From an uncultured Candidatus Saccharibacteria bacterium (GTDB lineage: Bacteria; Patescibacteriota; Minisyncoccia; Phycocordibacterales; UBA1006), in assembly GCA_964592365.1 (NCBI GenBank), contig CAZQDL010000001.1, forward strand, positions 79,541-143,540: a stretch of DNA of 64,000 bases. Reading direction: 5' to 3'. Under the pieces are notes generated by a model, which had not been told where the DNA came from, ran no database searches, and saw only the letters and a list, made by a program, of their open reading frames with translations. Below are positions 10,458 to 20,836 of this stretch, in pieces. Numbering within the stretch: position 1 is the first letter of the stretch; each line of letters begins with the position of its first letter. Position numbers and translations under genes: made by a program.

Positions 10458-11222
10458 ATGAATATAGACATTCTTTTTGAAAATAAACACGTCCTCATCA
10501 TTAATAAGCCTGCTGGTTTAGTGGTCCATCCCGATGGGAAAACAACCGAACCTACTGTCGTAGATTGGGTTCTTGAAAGATACCCAGAAATCAATGGGGT
10601 AGGTGAAGATATGGAATTTGATTTCAAAGGAGAAACCATTTGTATTAAAAGACCGGGAATTGTTCATCGTATAGATAGAGATACTTCAGGTTGTTTGGTC
10701 ATCGCAAAAACTGAAGATTCATTTCAACATATCAAACAGCTTTTCAAAGACAGAAAAATATCAAAAACATATCAAGCTTTGGTATATGGTGCGATACCAA
10801 AAGATCAGGGAATTATAGATGCCCCTATTGGAAAAAGCAGAAAGGAATTTCGTTTGATGCAAGCTGGCCCTGATGCTCGCGGTTTACTTCGTGATGCTTA
10901 TACAGAGTACAAGGTACTACAGAGATTTGAAGATATACATGATATAGATAAACAAAAGCAAACAGCAAAATATACTCTTGTCTCTTTATCACCTAAAACA
11001 GGAAGAACTCACCAACTTAGGGTTCATATGAAATATATACATCACCCTATTGTTTCTGATTCTCTGTATAAGGGTAAAAGAAAGAATGTCTTGGGTATGG
11101 AACGCACAGCTCTTCACGCAATGAGCATTTCTTTTGTTGATCTTGATAATATGGAAATTAATGTTGTCTGTGATATTCCACAGGACATGCAACATTCTAT
11201 ACAAAGACTCTCTACAATGTAG
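10458..11222 (+). CDS. RluA-family pseudouridine synthase
   Basis: NKPAGLVVHP, HRIDRDTSG, TGRTHQLRVH, LHA. Confidence 0.95.
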   Translation: MNIDILFENKHVLIINKPAGLVVHPDGKTTEPTVVDWVLERYPEINGVGEDMEFDFKGETICIKRPGIVHRIDRDTSGCLVIAKTEDSFQHIKQLFKDRKISKTYQALVYGAIPKDQGIIDAPIGKSRKEFRLMQAGPDARGLLRDAYTEYKVLQRFEDIHDIDKQKQTAKYTLVSLSPKTGRTHQLRVHMKYIHHPIVSDSLYKGKRKNVLGMERTALHAMSISFVDLDNMEINVVCDIPQDMQHSIQRLSTM

Positions 11223-11262
11223 AGATTTTTTGTATACTAATAGAAACAAAAAATAATCTGAC

Positions 11263-11718
11263 ATGAAAAAACTTAATACCTTTCCTCATCTGTATGGATA
11301 CAATAAATCTACACGGATATTTAATTTCAGTGAGCCAAATTGCATGAAACTAAATGAAAACTACTTCAGTAGTATTCTTGATATGATGCAACAAGAAATC
11401 AATACCATATATAAATGTAATATTATGCTTATCCACGATCTCTTTGATAGAGAATGTATTTCACAAGAGATGTATCATAATATTGTTGAAGTTCCGTTAG
11501 TTGATTTAAGTGCACAAGTAACTACATATTTTCAAGATGACTGTAATGAACAGATAACTCATTTGGTATTAGTTGTTCCACTTGAAAAAGAACATGAAAC
11601 AGTTGAGTTATTAGAAGCATATTTTCAAACATTCATCGTTGGTGTGAATAAATTTATATATGTTCCAACTGATGCAATAGAGACGCTCTTCTTTAGAGCA
11701 AAAAAGCTTATCAATTAA
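11263..11718 (+). CDS. Hypothetical protein
   Basis: 151-aa ORF, no recognised motif. Confidence 0.5.
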   Translation: MKKLNTFPHLYGYNKSTRIFNFSEPNCMKLNENYFSSILDMMQQEINTIYKCNIMLIHDLFDRECISQEMYHNIVEVPLVDLSAQVTTYFQDDCNEQITHLVLVVPLEKEHETVELLEAYFQTFIVGVNKFIYVPTDAIETLFFRAKKLIN

Positions 11719-11733
11719 TGATAAGCTTTTATA

Positions 11734-11973
11734 TTACAAACGTAATAGTGAAACAATAGCAACAACCCCAAAGAAAACTTCAAGAGTTACGTTCGCCCAA
11801 TTTTTGTCAGCATATACTCTGATTCCTAATAACAAGGCTCCAATTAGGTTAATGAATGGATACCAAAAACCTAAAGAGGGAATTATTCCAAATGAATTTA
11901 ATGCATATGCCGTCATAATACAGAAGGTTCCTATCCATCCAATGACACGTAATAATGGGCTAATTTTCTTCAT
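11734..11973 (-). CDS. Small membrane protein (CBU_0592-like)
   Basis: IGWIG..AY..N.IGA pattern with three hydrophobic segments. Confidence 0.6.
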   Translation of the reverse strand: MKKISPLLRVIGWIGTFCIMTAYALNSFGIIPSLGFWYPFINLIGALLLGIRVYADKNWANVTLEVFFGVVAIVSLLRL

Positions 11974-12056
11974 ATTACCAATATCGTACCATGATAAGAA
12001 AAAAACCGTCTAATCTTCTTGATATTTTTACGTCCTGTGTTAATCTCAAGTTCATT

Positions 12057-12566
12057 ATGGCAACAACAGCAACACAATTTCTCCCTGCTGACGTACAAAA
12101 TCGAAAAGATTTTGATGTACGTGCAGGTGATACCGTAAAGGTGAATCTAAAGATTCAAGAAAAAGGTAAAACTAGAATTCAAACCTTCCAAGGTCTTGTT
12201 CTTGCGCGAAAGCATGGAGCAGAAAATGGAGGAACTATTACCGTTAGAAAAGTTTCAAACGGAATTGGAGTAGAAAGAATTTTCCCGTTATATTCACCTT
12301 CAATTGATTCAATCGAAGTACTACGACGAGCTAAGGTTCGACAGTCTAAACTATACTTCCTAAGAGATGTAGTATCAAAGACTCTACGATACAAACTTCG
12401 AAGAATTACTGATCTAGGAACTTCAACAGGAGATCTTGATCCAATTGAATCAATGACTCAAGGAGAAGATACAGAAATTTCAGAAGAAGATATGATGGAA
12501 GAAGCAACTGAAGAAGCAACTGAAGAAGCAACTGAAGAAGTAGCTGAAGAAGAAAAAGAAGCTTAA
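12057..12566 (+). CDS. rplS: 50S ribosomal protein L19 with acidic C-terminal extension
   Basis: GDTVKV, RIQTFQG, TVRKVSNGIGVERIFP, VRQSKLYFLR. Confidence 0.96.
   Translation: MATTATQFLPADVQNRKDFDVRAGDTVKVNLKIQEKGKTRIQTFQGLVLARKHGAENGGTITVRKVSNGIGVERIFPLYSPSIDSIEVLRRAKVRQSKLYFLRDVVSKTLRYKLRRITDLGTSTGDLDPIESMTQGEDTEISEEDMMEEATEEATEEATEEVAEEEKEA
12498..12539 (+). repeat. 12-bp coding tandem repeat (GAAGAAGCAACT x3.5, EEAT) in the L19 tail
   Basis: Read directly in the sequence. Confidence 0.85.
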
Positions 12567-12598
12567 GCTTCTTTTTTTCTTTGGTATAATGTTGGTAT

Positions 12599-12850
12599 AT
12601 GACAAAAGATATATCAAACATTGAATTAAAAAAACATCTTAATCGTTTCCTTATGATCACAGAATTATTCTTTCTTGTGGTTGTTGTGCTTAATGTTTTG
12701 AATCCTAAAGAAGGAGTAAGTATTGAATTAATACAAAAGAATCTATCTGAGGGGGTAACTTTTACGATTACTATCGTAGCTCTACTCATTGCACTGATGG
12801 CTCATGTATACCGAGGATGGCTTAAAGATTTTGATTTTGTTGCAAAATAG
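12599..12850 (+). CDS. Small membrane protein
   Basis: Two hydrophobic helices; TATAAT just upstream. Confidence 0.55.
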   Translation: MTKDISNIELKKHLNRFLMITELFFLVVVVLNVLNPKEGVSIELIQKNLSEGVTFTITIVALLIALMAHVYRGWLKDFDFVAK

Positions 12851-12887
12851 TTTTGAGTTGAGAGAAGGATAAAGGTATACTATATAT

Positions 12888-13889
12888 ATGGAACTTATTT
12901 ATACAATCATTACCCTTATTCTTAGTATCTCTGGATTTTTAATTGCAGAGAAAATTATTCTCATGAAGAAGAAACCTGAACCAATTACTTGTCCAATTGG
13001 TTATTCATGTGATGAGGTTATTAGAGGAAAGCATTCAACATTCTTTGGTATCCCTACTGTTAATATTGGAAGACTCTTTTACCTTGGTATGACATCCTTC
13101 TTTTTGGTAAATGTATTTCTTCCAATGCCTCAAGAACTTACATTTATTGCTTTGTTAATTTCTGGTTTTGCTTTGTTAACTTCATTTTACTTAACCTTTG
13201 TACAATTATTAGTAATTAAAAAGTGGTGTAGTTGGTGTTTATTCTCAGCTCTTATCAATCTATTTCTCTTTGTAATTGTTTTTCTAGGGTATTCTGAAAC
13301 CTTCGTTGAATTTCTTTTTAGTTATCGACATCTTCTTGAATGGTTATTTGTTGCATCAACACTTATCGGTACACTTGCAACAACACTCCATGCTTCACGA
13401 TTTATAATCTTCTTAAAAGATTTCAAAATTACGAAAGGTGAATACAAAAGATTAATTATGTATTCACAGACTGCTTGGGTATCCATTGCATTTGCATTTC
13501 TTTCTGGAGCTGGATTAATCCTTACTGATGTATATCGTGAGATTACTGGAAATTCTGAGTTCATGGTTATGGGTATTATCATTGGGGTACTCATCGTATA
13601 TGAATTTATCCAGAATATGATTATCGCCCCTCAACTTATTGATATTCATTTTGGTGACAAACCTAAACTTGATGATGTGGAACATAACTATCAGAGAAAA
13701 ATTGCATTTTCCTTTGTGATGGTAGGTGTAGTTTCATGGTACATGCTTCTACTGTTTTCAAACTTTTCATGGCATGAATATGAACCTCTTTTCTTACTAT
13801 GGATCTATACTGGTGTGATTATCGCATCAGTTGCACTAGCTCTTGTTTTTGAAAGACTTATCTACAAAAAATCATTGCTCGAGGAATAA
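12888..13889 (+). CDS. Vitamin K epoxide reductase (VKOR) family membrane protein with C-terminal TM extension
   Basis: CPIGYSCDEV, FFGIP, WCSWC (CxxC). Confidence 0.85.
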   Translation: MELIYTIITLILSISGFLIAEKIILMKKKPEPITCPIGYSCDEVIRGKHSTFFGIPTVNIGRLFYLGMTSFFLVNVFLPMPQELTFIALLISGFALLTSFYLTFVQLLVIKKWCSWCLFSALINLFLFVIVFLGYSETFVEFLFSYRHLLEWLFVASTLIGTLATTLHASRFIIFLKDFKITKGEYKRLIMYSQTAWVSIAFAFLSGAGLILTDVYREITGNSEFMVMGIIIGVLIVYEFIQNMIIAPQLIDIHFGDKPKLDDVEHNYQRKIAFSFVMVGVVSWYMLLLFSNFSWHEYEPLFLLWIYTGVIIASVALALVFERLIYKKSLLEE

Positions 13890-13955
13890 AAAGATGTATA
13901 CTACAAATGCCCTTATATGGGTATTTTGTTTACCGTTGGTGAATAAAAGATATAT

Positions 13956-14031
13956 GGTGACTATGGTATAACGGTTATTACTCGGGTTTGTGGTACCTGC
14001 AATCAGGGTTCGATTCCCTGTAGTCACCCCA
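13956..14031 (+). tRNA. tRNA-His(GTG)
   Basis: G-1, acceptor GTGACTA/TAGTCAC, discriminator C, encoded CCA, anticodon loop TTGTGGT, T loop GGTTCGATTCC. Confidence 0.96.
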
Positions 14032-14040
14032 ATTGAGAAT

Positions 14041-14070
14041 AAGTGAGGCGAAAGCCTCGCTTTTCTCTTT
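14041..14070 (+). terminator. Rho-independent terminator after tRNA-His
   Basis: AAGTGAGGC-GAAA-GCCTCGCTT followed by a T-rich tract. Confidence 0.8.
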
Positions 14071-14169
14071 ATTTCCAAGCGTTTTATCCAGAGATTGCTT
14101 TTGCAAACGACCTTTTGATGATGTATAGTAATGGTATCAAATGTTAGGTTATAAATCAACGATATTTTT

Positions 14170-14367
14170 ATGAAAAATCAATCAAAGAACGATGAAAACA
14201 TTGAGTTACTGACCTTGCAAGAGGCTTGTGACGTACTCAAGGTACATCCCAACACCTTACGACAATGGGATAAAATAGGAACGCTTCCCGCTATTCGCAT
14301 TGGGACCAAGCGTATACGACGTTACAGAAAACAAGACATTATGAGTTTCCTTGAAGGTAACTCATAA
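14170..14367 (+). CDS. Excisionase/MerR-like helix-turn-helix DNA-binding protein
   Basis: LLTLQEACDVLKVHPNTLRQWD..G.LPAIRIG...RRY (HTH_17 type). Confidence 0.88.
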   Translation: MKNQSKNDENIELLTLQEACDVLKVHPNTLRQWDKIGTLPAIRIGTKRIRRYRKQDIMSFLEGNS

Positions 14368-14398
14368 GAATACCAAGACTCATCAGATTAAAATTACT

Positions 14399-15061
14399 AT
14401 GAACAATCTTACTAAATCAAAAAAACGAATACGTGACCATGGTGAAGTTTTCACCCCTGATTTTATTGTGGAAGATATGCTTGATTTGGTGAAAAATGAA
14501 ACTGAGCGTATAGAGTCACGCTTTCTTGAGCCCGCGTGTGGAGATGGAAATTTCTTGATCAAAGTACTTGAACGAAAGATGGAGGTTGTAAAAAAACGAT
14601 ACAAGAAAAGTCAATTTGATTATGAGAGAATGGTGCTCATTGCTGTGGGAAGTACATACGGAGTTGATTTACTAGATGATAACGTCAAAGATGCACGTGA
14701 TAGGTTACATGAATACTGTGCGAATGAATATATTAAACTATTCAAAAATAAGGTTCACGAAGAGGTATTAGAAAGTATGAGATACATTTTAAGTAAAAAT
14801 ATCTTACAAGGTGATGCTTTGAGTTTAAAAAACAAAAATGGCGAACCGATAACTTTTGCAGAATGGTCTCTTGTAAATGGTTCAAAAATAAAACGCAGAG
14901 ATTTCCAATTTGTAGACCTTGCTGAATTTGACCCAGCTATCCCAAGCTTGTTTTCTGTCAGTGAAGAGTCAGACACGGGTAAGGTAGTATTTTCGCCACA
15001 ACCATCAATAGATTATCCAGCAGTAAATTTTATGAAATTACATGAATCATATGAAAACTAA
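14399..15061 (+). CDS. SAM-binding DNA methyltransferase subunit of a restriction-modification system
   Basis: GEVFTP, FLEPACGDGNFL, GDAL; no NPPY motif. Confidence 0.85.
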   Translation: MNNLTKSKKRIRDHGEVFTPDFIVEDMLDLVKNETERIESRFLEPACGDGNFLIKVLERKMEVVKKRYKKSQFDYERMVLIAVGSTYGVDLLDDNVKDARDRLHEYCANEYIKLFKNKVHEEVLESMRYILSKNILQGDALSLKNKNGEPITFAEWSLVNGSKIKRRDFQFVDLAEFDPAIPSLFSVSEESDTGKVVFSPQPSIDYPAVNFMKLHESYEN

Positions 15062-16565
15062 CCTTAACTACAATCCAGATGTACTTGATGCACTTGCTAA
15101 CCTTAGTAACGATGAGGTCTTTACACCACCAAAACTTGTAAATGAAGTCCTAGATATGTTACCTAGCGAACTTTGGAATGATAAGAATGCAACATTTTTA
15201 GACCCAGCAACAAAGTCAGGAGTATTTTTACGAGAAATTGCAAAACGTTTGATTGAAGGACTTGAAAAAGAAATTCCAGATCTACAAGAACGACTTAATC
15301 ATATCTATACCAAACAATTATTTGGCATTGGAATCACAGAACTGACTTCGTTACTCGCCCGCAGGAGTCTCTATTGTTCAAAAATAGCAAATCACGAAAA
15401 ATACTCGGTATGTACAGAATTTGAAAACCCAGATGGAAACATTAGATTCGAGCGCATTGAACATGCTTGGAAGAATGGAAAATGTGAAGACTGTGGAGCG
15501 AGCGAAGGTGAGTATGATCGACATGAATCGCTAGAAACCCATGCCTATGAATTTATTCATAAAAAACCAGAAGAAATTATCAGTTTATTTAATAAAAAAG
15601 ATATGAAATTTGACGTAATTATAGGAAATCCACCATACCAAATGGGTACTGGTGGTCCATCTGCTCAAGCAACGCCTTTGTACGATAAGTTCGTTCAGCA
15701 AGCAAAAAAACTAAATCCAAGATTTCTATCAATGATTATCCCCGCACGGTGGTACAGTGGAGGAATGGGTCTCAATGATTTTAGATCTGACATGTTGAAT
15801 GATCAACGTTTACGGAAGCTTGTGGATTACACAGATTCATCAGAATGTTTTCCTGGTGTTTCGATTAAGGGAGGTATTTGTTATTTTCTCTGGAATAGAG
15901 ATGACCGTGGTTTATGTAATGTTTTAAGTATTACAAATGGACAAAAAAAAGAATCAGATAGATTTCTAGTTGAAGAAGGAAGTGATATTTTTATTAGATT
16001 CAATGAAGCAATATCAATCTTAAGAAAAGTTAAAGATAAGAAAGAGAAATTATTTTATGAATTTGTTTCTTCACAAAAACCATTTGGATTCCCAACAAAT
16101 TTTAGAGGAAAATCAAAACCATTTAAAGACTCAATTAAAATTTATGTAACAAAAGGCATTAACTATATTGATCGCAACCTTGTTGAGAAAAACATTGATT
16201 TAATTGATAGTTATAAAATCTTGAATACAAAAGGATATGGAGCTGGAGAATCTTTTCCACATCAAATTTTAAATAAACCAATCTTAGCTGAACCAGGAAC
16301 TTGCTGTTCGGAGACATACATTGTATTAGGTATTTATAAAAATAGAGAAGAAGCTGAAAATGCAATTTCTTATATAAAAACCAAATTTTTTAGATTTCTT
16401 GTTATGCTACAAAAGAACACTCAGGATTCCTTAAAAAGGGTTTATAAATTTGTTCCAATACAAGATTTTTCAGAAGAATGGACAGACGAAAAGTTATATA
16501 AAAAATACAAACTAACCAAAGAAGAAATTGATTTTATCGAATCAATGATTCGACCAATGGAATAA
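15051..16565 (+). CDS. Eco57I-type N6-adenine DNA methyltransferase
   Basis: DEVFTPP, FLDPATKSGVFL, FDVIIGNPPY. Confidence 0.92.
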   Translation: MKTNLNYNPDVLDALANLSNDEVFTPPKLVNEVLDMLPSELWNDKNATFLDPATKSGVFLREIAKRLIEGLEKEIPDLQERLNHIYTKQLFGIGITELTSLLARRSLYCSKIANHEKYSVCTEFENPDGNIRFERIEHAWKNGKCEDCGASEGEYDRHESLETHAYEFIHKKPEEIISLFNKKDMKFDVIIGNPPYQMGTGGPSAQATPLYDKFVQQAKKLNPRFLSMIIPARWYSGGMGLNDFRSDMLNDQRLRKLVDYTDSSECFPGVSIKGGICYFLWNRDDRGLCNVLSITNGQKKESDRFLVEEGSDIFIRFNEAISILRKVKDKKEKLFYEFVSSQKPFGFPTNFRGKSKPFKDSIKIYVTKGINYIDRNLVEKNIDLIDSYKILNTKGYGAGESFPHQILNKPILAEPGTCCSETYIVLGIYKNREEAENAISYIKTKFFRFLVMLQKNTQDSLKRVYKFVPIQDFSEEWTDEKLYKKYKLTKEEIDFIESMIRPME

Positions 16566-16566
16566 T

Positions 16567-19071
16567 ATGTCTGACAAATACTTTTCACAACGGCCAGATG
16601 TATCGCCGATAATATATGTATATGAACTCCCAACTGCAGAGGACAGAAAGGGTCTCTTGAAGGTGGGTTACACCACTCGAAATGCCAGCGACCGAATCAA
16701 GGAACAAGTTGGGACCGCAGGGATTGGATATAATATCCTTTTGGAAGAAAGTGCAATTCGCAGTGATGGATCTACCTTTGACGATCATGAGGTACACCAT
16801 TATTTACGCAAAAAGAAATATCCTAACCCTGACGGTGAATGGTTTGAGTGTGGTTTGGATGATGTAAAAGCAGCTATTTATTCTATAAAGAATCGAAAAG
16901 AAAATACCGAAAATCGTACGCTTGATTTCAGAATGAGACCAGAACAAGAAATGGCTATGAATAAAGCATATAGCCATTTCACATCCATGAATGAAACTTC
17001 TCATTTTTTGTGGAATGCAAAAATGCGTTTTGGTAAAACATTTGCTTCGTATCAACTTGCAAAGAAAATGAAATCAAAAAAGGTCCTGGTATTAACCTTC
17101 AAGCCAGCAGTAGAGACCGCTTGGGAGGAAGATCTTTTGACGCATATAGATTTTGAAGGATGGCAATTCTATTCACGTAAAAGTACAGCAGAGTTTGAAG
17201 ATCTTGACATGAATAAACCAATCGTTTGTTTTGGATCATTGCAGGATTATCTAGGGAAAAGTTCAGGAGGAGGAATCAAGGCTCGAAACAAATGGGTTCA
17301 TGATACCCATTGGGATTTAGTTATTTTTGATGAATACCACTTTGGTGCATGGAATGATAAAACAAAAGATCTTTTTGATGAGACCGATAAGGATGATCAG
17401 AATACTGAAGAGAAAAAAAACGACAGTATCGCCAAAGAAGCATTTGCTGAGGGTTTGAAAAACGCTGAGGCAATAATGCCTATAACCACGGATAATTATC
17501 TGTATCTTTCAGGTACTCCATTTCGTGCTATAAATACGGGTGAATTTATAGAAGAGCAGATATTTAATTGGACGTATTCTGACGAACAGCGTGCAAAAGA
17601 AGAATGGAAGGGTTCCAATAATCCATATGAATCATTGCCAAAAATGATTATGATGACCTATCAAATGCCTGATTCTATCAAGCATATAGCGGAAGGGGGC
17701 GAATTTAATGAATTTGATTTGAATGTTTTTTTCTCTGCAAAAAAGAATGATACTGGCATGTATGAATTCGTGTATAAAGATTATGTTCAAAAGTGGCTAG
17801 ATTTATTGCGAGGTAATTTCATGCCAACGGCAGTTGATGATTTGAAACTAAGTAAGCAGAAACCGCCTTTCCCATTTTCTGATTCACGAATGTTGAGTAT
17901 CTTAACGCATACGTTTTGGTTTATGCCTTCAGTGGCCTCTTGTCACGCCATGAAGAATCTTATTGACGAGCGACAAAATGCATTCTATCAAGATTATAAA
18001 TTGATCGTCGCTGCTGGAAATCAAGCTGGAATGGGAGTAGAGGCTCTTGGTCCAGTACAAAAAGCAATGGGCGATCCATTAAAAACAAAAACTATTACAC
18101 TATCTACGGGAAAACTTACAACAGGAGTTACTGTGAAGCCTTGGACTGGTGTCTTGATGCTTCGTAATTTGAAAAGCCCTGAAACATATTTTCAGACGGC
18201 TTTTCGTGGTCAAAGTCCATGGGTGATTGATAATCCAGATGGAAAATCGCCTAATAAAAAAGAGATTTTGAAAAAACAATGTTATATCTTTGACTTTGCT
18301 CCCAATCGTGCACTTTCTCAAGTTGCAGATTATAGTTCAAATCTAAATGTTACCGAGAAAGATCCAGAGAAAAAAGTTGCAGAGTTTATAAAATTCCTTC
18401 CCATTCTTGCATATGATGGAAGCTCGATGAAAGAGATTGATGCAGGTGGAGTTCTGGATATTGCATTAAGTGGTACCACAGCTACCTTGCTTGCACGTCG
18501 ATGGGAGAGCGCATTATTGGTAAATGTAGATAATGAGACTCTTGCACGCCTTATGTCAAGTGATGAGGCGATGAGAGTTTTAATGAGTATTGAAGGCTTT
18601 CGTTCTTTGAACCAAGACATTGAGACGATCATCAACAAATCTGAATCGGTAAAAAAGACAAAGCAGGAAGCAAGTGAGCGTGAGTTAACCAAAAAAGAAA
18701 AGAAAGAGCTTAGCGATGATGAAAAAGAATATAAGAGTAAAAGGAAAGAGATTCAGGAAAAACTGATCAAGTTTGCAACACGTATTCCCGTATTCATGTA
18801 CCTAACTGATTATCGTGAACGCACACTAAAGGATGTCATCACAAAGCTTGAACCGTCGTTATTCAAAAAAGTAACAGGACTAGAGGTGAAAGATTTTGAA
18901 CTTTTAATGAGCTTGAATATCTTTAATAATGCCCTAATGAATGATGCAGTGTATAAATTTAAACGCTACGAGGATTCCAGTCTTGAGTATACTGGTGTTA
19001 ATCGACATGAAGGCGAAGATGTTGGGGGATTCGATACCGTAACTACAGAAAAAGAATACAAGCAAATGTAA
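16567..19071 (+). CDS. Restriction endonuclease-like protein: T5orf172/GIY-YIG N-terminus plus SF2 helicase
   Basis: IYVY..KVGYT..RI..EWF; NAKMRFGKT, DEYH, LSGTP, QTAFR. Confidence 0.88.
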   Translation: MSDKYFSQRPDVSPIIYVYELPTAEDRKGLLKVGYTTRNASDRIKEQVGTAGIGYNILLEESAIRSDGSTFDDHEVHHYLRKKKYPNPDGEWFECGLDDVKAAIYSIKNRKENTENRTLDFRMRPEQEMAMNKAYSHFTSMNETSHFLWNAKMRFGKTFASYQLAKKMKSKKVLVLTFKPAVETAWEEDLLTHIDFEGWQFYSRKSTAEFEDLDMNKPIVCFGSLQDYLGKSSGGGIKARNKWVHDTHWDLVIFDEYHFGAWNDKTKDLFDETDKDDQNTEEKKNDSIAKEAFAEGLKNAEAIMPITTDNYLYLSGTPFRAINTGEFIEEQIFNWTYSDEQRAKEEWKGSNNPYESLPKMIMMTYQMPDSIKHIAEGGEFNEFDLNVFFSAKKNDTGMYEFVYKDYVQKWLDLLRGNFMPTAVDDLKLSKQKPPFPFSDSRMLSILTHTFWFMPSVASCHAMKNLIDERQNAFYQDYKLIVAAGNQAGMGVEALGPVQKAMGDPLKTKTITLSTGKLTTGVTVKPWTGVLMLRNLKSPETYFQTAFRGQSPWVIDNPDGKSPNKKEILKKQCYIFDFAPNRALSQVADYSSNLNVTEKDPEKKVAEFIKFLPILAYDGSSMKEIDAGGVLDIALSGTTATLLARRWESALLVNVDNETLARLMSSDEAMRVLMSIEGFRSLNQDIETIINKSESVKKTKQEASERELTKKEKKELSDDEKEYKSKRKEIQEKLIKFATRIPVFMYLTDYRERTLKDVITKLEPSLFKKVTGLEVKDFELLMSLNIFNNALMNDAVYKFKRYEDSSLEYTGVNRHEGEDVGGFDTVTTEKEYKQM

Positions 19072-19104
19072 AAGAGCCCAAGAAGGCTCTTTTAATATGA
19101 CTAA

Positions 19105-19668
19105 TTAAATATCTTTTTCATCCATGAGTTCGCGAATAGTCTTATCTTTGTAGGTCCAGAATATTGAACCCTGAACCGCTTTCCAGTTTTTCTTGAATTT
19201 TTCCTTGAGGATTATTTTAGCCGACTTTGATAAAGATGTTTCTTTACCTTTATAAATAATACTATTTCCATTACCTACTGTTGCGATGATATCAGAGTAT
19301 ATTTCATCTCCTTCTTTAAATTTTAAAATCTCTCCTTTTTGGATATTTAATTTAGTGAACTTACCAAGGATTTTTTTATCTTCTTCTTTTCTAATCTTTT
19401 TGTTGTCTTCGATAAAGTCACATATCCTTTCTGGGTGTTCTTCAAAGAACTCTCGTTTTCTATTTACTCTCTTTTTTGCAAAATGTTGAAAGATTTCTTG
19501 TTCAAGAACCTCAGCATTCTTCATGTCAAATTTCTCATATACTTGAAATCTGGTAGGTAGTGATGTCCTATTAAGACTTTTAAGTCTCTGCTCTATATCA
19601 TTCGTCACTCCCACCTTGCATATATTTGGCATAGATATGTTGGTGATAATGTATAAGGTGCTTTTCAT
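19105..19668 (-). CDS. T5orf172/GIY-YIG family nuclease with a DUF4357-like C-terminal domain
   Basis: LYIITN..MPNICKVGVT..RL..L...REFF; C-terminal SLSKSA...GSIFW. Confidence 0.8.
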   Translation of the reverse strand: MKSTLYIITNISMPNICKVGVTNDIEQRLKSLNRTSLPTRFQVYEKFDMKNAEVLEQEIFQHFAKKRVNRKREFFEEHPERICDFIEDNKKIRKEEDKKILGKFTKLNIQKGEILKFKEGDEIYSDIIATVGNGNSIIYKGKETSLSKSAKIILKEKFKKNWKAVQGSIFWTYKDKTIRELMDEKDI

Positions 19669-19809
19669 GTAGATAGTATAGCTTAATTTAATAAAATTTA
19701 TATTATTCACACTTCTTATCGAGATGTCATTAAATAAATTAAAAAATTTTTGAAGAAGCTTAGTATAAAAACTTGTTAAGGGATAGTAAAAAACTGATAT
19801 AATTTAGCT

Positions 19810-20376
19810 ATGGAAAATATTACTACTGAAGAATATGTCTTGCTTTTAGAAAAAGTTAATCAGCAATTAAATTTATTATCTAACCCTTACGGGGTTATGG
19901 TTATGGTACTCACTCTTTTAGTAGCTATTTTAGCTATAATAACCACTTTTATTATTTACAGGCAAGGGGTAGATTATAAAAATACATTAAAAAAATCACT
20001 CGAATCTCACCAAGAAATATTAGAGAAGAAACTCATAGAAATAGGAAATGAAGCAGAGCAGACCCTACAGTCTTATATTGATCAGAAAAATGAAGAGATT
20101 AGTGGATTAGCTGGTGAGGCAAAAGAGGAGGTAACAAAAGCGATTAGTAAATTGGAAGCCGAGAAGAATAGCATAACCTCAAGAATTAAATTTAATTCCA
20201 TAGATCATTTTAACAGTGTTGATAATAGATTAAGTGCTCATAACAGCCTGTTGCTACAAAATAATACAAATGCCCTAAGGACATGCTCATCTTGTTACAG
20301 GTCCTTAGGTGTTACAGATTCTTTAATTACAGGAAGGTGTAGTGACTGTGCTAGCCAAAAAATATTTCAGATATGA
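19810..20376 (+). CDS. Hypothetical membrane/coiled-coil protein with a C-terminal CxxC...CxxC
   Basis: TM helix, coiled coil, CSSC and CSDC. Confidence 0.6.
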   Translation: MENITTEEYVLLLEKVNQQLNLLSNPYGVMVMVLTLLVAILAIITTFIIYRQGVDYKNTLKKSLESHQEILEKKLIEIGNEAEQTLQSYIDQKNEEISGLAGEAKEEVTKAISKLEAEKNSITSRIKFNSIDHFNSVDNRLSAHNSLLLQNNTNALRTCSSCYRSLGVTDSLITGRCSDCASQKIFQI

Positions 20377-20836
20377 AAAGAGATATAGTTAAAGAAGATA
20401 TTTTTCTTCAAAAGAAAGAGATGTTAAGCATCAGATTAATAACCTAAATCAAGAGAATTGGAAATCAAATATTCTAAATATAGGAGAATTGAGCAGATTT
20501 GGTTTCCTGCTGTTGGTTTTTATGATATTAGTGTTTATTGCTACTATTATTAATTTTCATTCTAAAAAATTGTATACTATTCAAATTTAGACGGTTACTT
20601 TAATGAAGAAGGTGATCATAAAAAAGATGGTCTCGACTCTACTTATTTTAATATAGTGAAGCTTTACGGACAAAGGTTTTTTTTGAATAAAACTGCTTCT
20701 ATTTTTGATTGGGGTAGTTATGGTATTTCTGATAATATCTAAAATATGAATAGTTTAGAAAAAGAGTTTGGTATAAGAGAGCCTGAAAGAGGCCCAAAGC
20801 AAAAGAAGAATTTAGCTTGATAGATAAGATATTTTT

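Noticed and set aside
13872-14159. 95-aa minus-strand ORF
   Set aside because: It is antisense to tRNA-His.
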